Source: an uncultured Candidatus Bathyarchaeia archaeon
GTDB lineage: Archaea; Thermoproteota; Bathyarchaeia; Bathyarchaeales; Bathycorpusculaceae
Assembly (NCBI GenBank): GCA_964427115.1
Contig: CAYRSV010000002.1
Coordinates: 60,772 to 124,771, forward strand
Direction of reading: 5' to 3'
Length of the DNA: 64,000 bases
Numbering within the stretch: position 1 is the stretch's first letter; each line of letters opens with the position of its first letter. Below, piece by piece: positions 58,700 through 64,000 of this stretch. Below the pieces are notes generated by a model. It was not told where the DNA came from, ran no database searches, and saw only the letters and a list, made by a program, of their open reading frames with translations. Position numbers and translations under genes: made by a program.

Positions 58700-59359
58700 T
58701 TGAGAAAATTAATAATCTGGAAAGGCAATGTGGTTATATTTAGTGAGAGGTTGAGGGTTTTGGGTGCATATCGGGAGTTTGGGGCAGATCCAGAATTAAA
58801 AAGTCTCTATAGAGCTTATGCGCTGATTACCTTATTTGGTGGTTTTCTTTGGTGGATTATTCCCTTGATTGTTGTGCTAACGGTTTGGGGGGAACTGTTT
58901 GCTTTAGAGGTAGTTGTTTTGACTACCCTTTTTCCAATTTTTGTTATTTTCGGCTTTGTCCTATACTGGATTCCGAAATTTTATTCCTCAATCAAATATG
59001 CCTTGGAAGAGGACCAGATTGTTGTTTCGAAGGGTGTTTGGTGGAAAACGAAAAGTGTAGTCCCGTACAATCGCGTTACTAATATCAATATCTATCAGGG
59101 TCCCATATCAAGGCGTTATGGAATAGGCAGGCTAGCAATTCAGACAGCAGGTTTTTCAGGGGCTAACAGCTCTGGATATAAAACAGCAGAAGCCGACTTT
59201 ATAGGCGTGAAGGACTTTGAGGGGACTAAAGAAGCTGTTCTGAGTTTTGTCAAAGGCAAAAAGCCTGTAGCTGTAGAGGCAGCATCAGAATCTTTCAGCG
59301 ATGTTAACAGGGCAATTCTTGAAGAGTTGCGGAGGATTCGAGAAGCCGTAGAGAAATAA
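58700..59359 (+). CDS. membrane protein with bacterial PH (bPH_2 / YdbS-like) domain
   Basis: Two TM helices, then VSKGVWWKTKSVVPYNRVTNINIYQGPISRRYGIGRLAIQTAG. The start codon is uncertain (TTG at 58700). Confidence 0.75.
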   Translation: MRKLIIWKGNVVIFSERLRVLGAYREFGADPELKSLYRAYALITLFGGFLWWIIPLIVVLTVWGELFALEVVVLTTLFPIFVIFGFVLYWIPKFYSSIKYALEEDQIVVSKGVWWKTKSVVPYNRVTNINIYQGPISRRYGIGRLAIQTAGFSGANSSGYKTAEADFIGVKDFEGTKEAVLSFVKGKKPVAVEAASESFSDVNRAILEELRRIREAVEK

Positions 59360-59560
59360 AAAACTAAATAGTATAGGCTGAACCCCATAGTAAAATGCAG
59401 CAATGTGGGCAACATTCTTTTCCTTGATAGTCCGAAACTGGATAGCATCCTTCTACAGGGCTCCTTTTGGGTGGCATTAGATTATCTACAATAGTTATTT
59501 ACAAAAGTAGTGTGTCTAAGTAGATTTTTTATATTTTAAGACTATACTAAGGATAGGTGA

Positions 59561-59980
59561 ATGATGATTTATTTCCATTTGCTACAATTAAGGGCTGCTT
59601 CAGGTAAACGACTGACTTCTACTGAAAAGGTTTTGGGTTTTGCTTTTTTGTTTGTCTTATTGGGTTTGTTGGTTTGGCAGGCTCCAGCTATAAGTTCATT
59701 TTTTCAAGGCTCAAATAGCGACGAATCTGATTATGTGCAGTTAAATTTGGCTGCTGGTCAATATGTTACGTATTCGCATGATGGTAGCACCTTTGTCTTT
59801 AGCTATGGTTTGTCATCCACTGCTGATTCAGGTTTGTTTTACGTGGTTAAAGATTCACAGCAAACCCGCTCATATCCAGCAACAGCTGGTGCAGTGTACC
59901 GTGATCTTGGCTTAGAAATCAAAGTATCTTCAGTAACCTCTAACTTGGTTACTCTACAGGTAAAGCCAAGTTCCGCATAA
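59561..59980 (+). CDS. hypothetical small secreted/anchored protein
   Basis: One TM/signal (VLGFAFLFVLLGLLVWQAPA) followed by a beta-rich ~90-aa region. Confidence 0.5.
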   Translation: MMIYFHLLQLRAASGKRLTSTEKVLGFAFLFVLLGLLVWQAPAISSFFQGSNSDESDYVQLNLAAGQYVTYSHDGSTFVFSYGLSSTADSGLFYVVKDSQQTRSYPATAGAVYRDLGLEIKVSSVTSNLVTLQVKPSSA

Positions 59981-60054
59981 CTTGTTTTTCCGCTGCAATT
60001 ACTGCTTAGCGCGAAAAGATGCTTGATTTTTATGGATTTGTTTACCGAATAGTT

Positions 60055-61095
60055 TTAGGCTGTAATAAGCTGGCCTGTTTGTATGTTAGGTAGTACCTCA
60101 CGTCCAAAGAAGTCTATGGCTTCTTGCTGGTTGGGCGTAGCTATGTGTAGTACGATGTGTGTTGCTCCTTTGCTGGCCAGTTCTTTAATGGCGTCAATGT
60201 GTATTTGGGGATCTGTGCTTATAGCCCAGTCTTTAAGGAGCGTTTCTATTTCGATTTCTTTTTCAGCTCGGGTTTGTACATCTGAGGGACTGATGTTGTC
60301 AAAGAAGCCATGCTCCCAGGCTTTGGCGATAAAACGCCATTTGCTGGCGTCCTCCCGCGCTACTTTCTCGTCACCTACTACCGCCCAGTGCTCTACAATA
60401 ATAGATTGGGTTTTAGGGTCTTTGCCTTTCTCACGTATACTTGCCTCCCAGGTGGCTTTCACCTCAGAATTACTCTTCAAGATGTTGCCGCCTGTAATCA
60501 GCCCGTCGCCGTGGAGCCCTGCAAGGCGAGCACTTTTTGGTCCGCCTGCGGCTATGTAGATTGGTATGGTCGTGGCAGGGGGATCATAAAGTTTACCTTC
60601 AATATCCCAAAAGTCACCTTTAAACTGCACATGGTTACCTGTCCATAGTTCTCGTATTATTTTTACTGCTTCAACCAATCGATCGGCGCGTTCCTTGTAA
60701 GTACCCCAGCCGCCGCCCGCTGCTGCTTCGTTAAATTTTTCTCCTGTACCTAGACCAAGGTATAGTCTTCCTGGGGCTAGCATGCTTAAGGATGCCCAGA
60801 TTTGGGCGACTATAGCTGGTCGGTAGCGGAAGGTTGGACAGGTAATGCCTGTTCCGAGTTGAATATTTGTTGTCTGCTGGGTTAGAGCTGCAAGGAGTAC
60901 CCAAGCTGCTCCTGAATGCCCCTGATTAGGTTGCCATGGCTGGAAATGGTCGCTGGTCCATATACCGTTGAATCCGGCTCGTTCAGCTGCTACGCCGTAA
61001 TCAATCAATTGCTGCACGGTGAACTGCTCGTTAGCAAGAGCAAAAAACACCGCAGGCTTACCTTTTTGGTATTCGCCCAATTTTTTCACATCCAA
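60055..61095 (-). CDS. luciferase-like (LLM class) F420-dependent oxidoreductase
   Basis: FNGIWTSDHFQPW, LYLGLGTGEKFNE, typical LLM TIM-barrel pattern resembling the F420-dependent G6PDH-related subfamily. Confidence 0.85.
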   Translation of the reverse strand: MDVKKLGEYQKGKPAVFFALANEQFTVQQLIDYGVAAERAGFNGIWTSDHFQPWQPNQGHSGAAWVLLAALTQQTTNIQLGTGITCPTFRYRPAIVAQIWASLSMLAPGRLYLGLGTGEKFNEAAAGGGWGTYKERADRLVEAVKIIRELWTGNHVQFKGDFWDIEGKLYDPPATTIPIYIAAGGPKSARLAGLHGDGLITGGNILKSNSEVKATWEASIREKGKDPKTQSIIVEHWAVVGDEKVAREDASKWRFIAKAWEHGFFDNISPSDVQTRAEKEIEIETLLKDWAISTDPQIHIDAIKELASKGATHIVLHIATPNQQEAIDFFGREVLPNIQTGQLITA

Positions 61096-61439
61096 AATAA
61101 TAGTTCAAAACTATTTGTTGATGACTTCGCCATTTCTAAGAACGACTATCAGTTTGTTTAAACCTATGCTATAGGCAAAAGGTAACAACATTCAGGCATC
61201 ATATCAAGCTGAAAATCCAAGTAACCTAAAACAAAATGCACAATAACTCGATTATGTTTCAATTTATGGAATTTTTTTGTCACTATAGGAAAGGTGAAAA
61301 AAAGCTGGGTCATACTATTATTCACTTTGAGATTCGTGCACAAAATGTTGAGAAAATAGGATACCGGCTAGCTTCTGTTGTACTACTTTTTATGGTAGTC
61401 GCTAACTATCTGGATAGTTAGCGATAAAACTCTATTTGT

Positions 61440-61769
61440 TTAGACTGGTGGTGTTGTGATGGGTGTGACTGTGGATCTCTGTGGGCATTCGGTATAGCCA
61501 ATAAGTTCAGATGTATTTTTAGTAATTGTAATGACATCGCCTATTTGGTTTACAATTGTTACAGGCAGACAAATGCTTGTTGCGCTCCAGAAGGATGTGC
61601 TGATTCCTAGTTCTTTAGCCGCGTTATCTGATAAATCAACGTATAAAGAGGTAACTCTCCATTCGGTTAGGTCTAATTCAACGCCGCTAACCTCTCCGAT
61701 GACATTACCGTTAGCTCCTATAACCTTTTTTCCTGATAGTTTATCTGCTTTAACCAAAAATATCACCAT
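61440..61769 (-). CDS. PRC-barrel domain protein
   Basis: KLSGKKVIGANGNVIGEVSGVELDLTEWRVTSLYVDL. Confidence 0.75.
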   Translation of the reverse strand: MVIFLVKADKLSGKKVIGANGNVIGEVSGVELDLTEWRVTSLYVDLSDNAAKELGISTSFWSATSICLPVTIVNQIGDVITITKNTSELIGYTECPQRSTVTPITTPPV

Positions 61770-61894
61770 CCTATCTACGGGGCAATTCGATAAAAATTTT
61801 TGTTAGAACACTATAACTACTACAAGTAAGCATAATCACAAAAATAAGATGCAAATGAAAAGAAAAAGAGAAGATTGTTTTGGTTTAAGTTGGG

Positions 61895-62089
61895 TTATCT
61901 TCTTGATGATTCCAAGATTTCAGTGAGTATTAGTATTCCCTGTATTATCAGGTATAAGCCGACAATCCATCCGATCAAGTCAGGGAAAATTATTATGATT
62001 ATGCCGAAAAGTATTGCAATTACTGCCAGTACTGGTCTAGAAACAGTGATGCCTATGCTTCTAAGGCCTTTATTTACTGTATCAGCCAT
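61895..62089 (-). CDS. small two-TM membrane protein (DUF3096-like)
   Basis: LAVIAILFGIIIIIFPDLIGWIVGLYLIIQGILIL. Preferred over the overlapping plus-strand ORF 61875..62117. Confidence 0.6.
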   Translation of the reverse strand: MADTVNKGLRSIGITVSRPVLAVIAILFGIIIIIFPDLIGWIVGLYLIIQGILILTEILESSRR

Positions 62090-62238
62090 TGAAAAAATCG
62101 CCTATTACACTCTATGATTAATAGACTATTAATATTTTGTGAATAACACTAATTAGGCTACAACATTTTGAAAATCCTGCATGCCCGTCTTGTAGTGTTG
62201 ATTATGAATTGAGGCTGCCTAACTGTTTGTTATAAGGG

Positions 62239-63216
62239 CTAATTTGTCTGTTTAAGCTTTTCAATGGTCTTCTCTGCCCATTTTGAATCTTTCCACAGCG
62301 CCCTGCCGACCGCAACCAAATCAACCAGCCCCTCACTAACCAGCTTTTCAGCGTATTCTGCGTTTGTGATTCTTCCCACACCTATAACAGGGAGTTTGAC
62401 CGCTTTTTTGATCTGATGTGCCTGTGGAACGAAGTAGCCTTTCTGGTGTCGAAGCTGCTTAGGATCTGCCCCGCACATTCCTCCTGATACGTCAATAATA
62501 TCTACTCCTGCCTGCTCAAGCCTCTGCGCGAATATTGCTGCGTCTTCTACATGCGTTCCATGCGGCGCCAAGTCGTCTGCACCCAGCCGGTAAAGCAAAA
62601 GCTTGCCGTTAAGCACCCTGCGGACCTTCTGTGCGACTAGCAACGGAAAACGCATCCTGTTCTCTAATGAGCCACCGTACTCATCGCTCCGCTTGTTAAA
62701 TAGGGGCGAGAAGAACTGATTAAGCAAGTACCCATGCGCGCCATGAAGTTCGACTCCGTCAAAACCTGCCTTTACCGCCCGCTCCGCAGCCAACACAAAA
62801 TCACTTGCCAAATCTTCGATTTCCTCTGTTTGCAGTTCGCGGCTCTTTTCCCTGGCCGAAGGACCCACAGGTATGGTGCCGATGACTTTCTTGTTTGCGA
62901 CGCCGCCCGCATGGCTAATCTGTATGACGATTGGGGCGCCGACGGCGTGGACTGCATCTGCGAGGTCCGTTAGACCCTCGATCAGCGAATCGTCGTAGAT
63001 GCCCAGTTGCTTTGGACCTATTTTTCCGGTGGGTGAAACGTATGCATGTTCCACAATGGGCAGACCTAGCGCGGCGGAGCGCATGACGTAGAAGTTAATC
63101 AGCCTGTTTGTCACTGCACCTTCAAAGTTGGCTCGCCCTGTCTGCAGTGGCGGCAGAACAATGCGGTTCTTAAGAGTGACTCCGTTAACTTCCAAAGGGT
63201 CGAGAAGTCCTGGCAA
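62239..63216 (-). CDS. Old Yellow Enzyme family NADH:flavin oxidoreductase
   Basis: LKNRIVLPPL, HGAHGYLLNQFFSPLFNKRSDEYGGSLENRMRF. Confidence 0.9.
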   Translation of the reverse strand: MPGLLDPLEVNGVTLKNRIVLPPLQTGRANFEGAVTNRLINFYVMRSAALGLPIVEHAYVSPTGKIGPKQLGIYDDSLIEGLTDLADAVHAVGAPIVIQISHAGGVANKKVIGTIPVGPSAREKSRELQTEEIEDLASDFVLAAERAVKAGFDGVELHGAHGYLLNQFFSPLFNKRSDEYGGSLENRMRFPLLVAQKVRRVLNGKLLLYRLGADDLAPHGTHVEDAAIFAQRLEQAGVDIIDVSGGMCGADPKQLRHQKGYFVPQAHQIKKAVKLPVIGVGRITNAEYAEKLVSEGLVDLVAVGRALWKDSKWAEKTIEKLKQTN

Positions 63217-63459
63217 ACGTTGACACCGATGCCTAAAAAGCGTGTCTGCAAATATATGAACCTACGTTGGTCGTTGAGCAATTTTTCACGTATTTGCGGG
63301 GCATCTTTATAGATGGTTACCTGCATAGAATTGTGGCATATTGTTACTTTAGTCTTGATAAAGCCTAAAAGCATGAATGTTTTACCATTTTGTAAGTCAT
63401 GTAGCTTACTTGGCTGTTAACCAAGCAGGCTAAGAATCACGTGGGTAGAGGGTTAAGCC

Positions 63460-63999
63460 ATGGAAAAAGATGCTAATGCTGAGGATTATCTGCCGCGTTC
63501 ACTGTATGTGCCGCAGGAAGACCCGAGGCAAAACATGCGCGAAATCGTAGACTCCATTTTCTCAGACAAATTCATGATTTTTCTCTCGATTATCCTTATT
63601 CCTATTATCCTGATTCCGTTTCTAGTTGATGTTTCCCCCGCGGTTTTTGCCTTCTTGGATATGTGCGACATGGCTATAGTGTTGCTATTTGTAGCCGAGT
63701 ATGTGCTTAAGCTCTACTTTGCGAGCGATAGGTGGGCGCATTTCAAGTCTCCTTGGCACCTAGTCGATCTCGTAATTGTGACGCTCCCCTTCGTGCAGTA
63801 CATCCCTATTGTGGAGTTGAGCGCTACCGGCTCATACTCGCTTCTACTAAGGCTACTACGTTTGCCCAGAGCTTTCGCCGTCGGCAGTCGTGCCGTCGCA
63901 GGCAGGCGAGTTGCCAGCCGACCCATCGCAGAAACCATAAAACTACCTGATACAATCATCCGCCAAGTCGACTTAAATTTAAAAACAACCCAAAACGGT
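63460..63999 (+). CDS. voltage-sensor-domain (S1-S4) ion-transport family protein, 3' end beyond window
   Basis: Not in the ORF track because no stop is reached. I translated from the ATG at 63460 and found no stop to the window end. Four hydrophobic segments. S4-like SLLLRLLRLPRAF. Confidence 0.7.
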   Translation, partial: MEKDANAEDYLPRSLYVPQEDPRQNMREIVDSIFSDKFMIFLSIILIPIILIPFLVDVSPAVFAFLDMCDMAIVLLFVAEYVLKLYFASDRWAHFKSPWHLVDLVIVTLPFVQYIPIVELSATGSYSLLLRLLRLPRAFAVGSRAVAGRRVASRPIAETIKLPDTIIRQVDLNLKTTQNG

Positions 64000-64000
64000 C

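Noticed and set aside
61236-61421. 61-aa ORF whose segment KKLGHTIIHFEIRAQNVEK vaguely resembles the start of a glyoxalase/VOC domain (possible gene remnant).
   Set aside because: The match is too short and weak to call. The rest is hydrophobic junk.
63486-63959. Minus-strand ORFs 63486..63671 and 63714..63959, and plus-strand ORF 63732..63950.
   Set aside because: They are antisense or out of frame relative to the voltage-sensor ORF, which has coherent TM/S4 architecture.

Overview
The window looks like a chromosomal segment of an anaerobic archaeon. Evidence: archaeal-type PEP carboxylase, PurP, aEF-2-like factor, RpoH, Trm1, PEF-CTERM signals, Hdr/Mvh, F420-linked enzymes, and two tRNAs with encoded CCA. 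The lineage cannot be fixed from sequence alone. Most of the window is densely packed housekeeping and metabolic genes on both strands: nrdDG, cysS, lplA plus a radical-SAM gene, ilvC, trm1, proC, an ACD-GNAT fusion, a translationally coupled hdrC-hdrB-mvhG-mvhA operon with maturation protease, tungsten AOR plus ferredoxin, clpB, and a purE-ppcA-purC-purP-purP block. Accessory-looking parts are a vapBC module with a repeated operator, and a surface-protein island at about 52.0-58.2 kb. That island carries Pro/Thr-linker proteins, PEF-CTERM-like tails, two orphan C-terminal gene fragments, tRNA-Pro, and four conserved GAACAACAAC hairpins in a 1.1 kb non-coding gap. I found no CRISPR array, no recognisable transposase or integrase, and no obvious defence island. 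The best second-look candidates are: a 183-aa RpoH with an Rpb5-like N-terminal half; an EF-2 paralog lacking the diphthamide histidine, immediately followed by ogg; the hdrCB-mvhGA operon with no hdrA or mvhD nearby; the hairpin family next to tRNA-Pro; and a dense TGCAT motif array. All functional calls come from motif recognition by eye on the supplied translations, with no database search.
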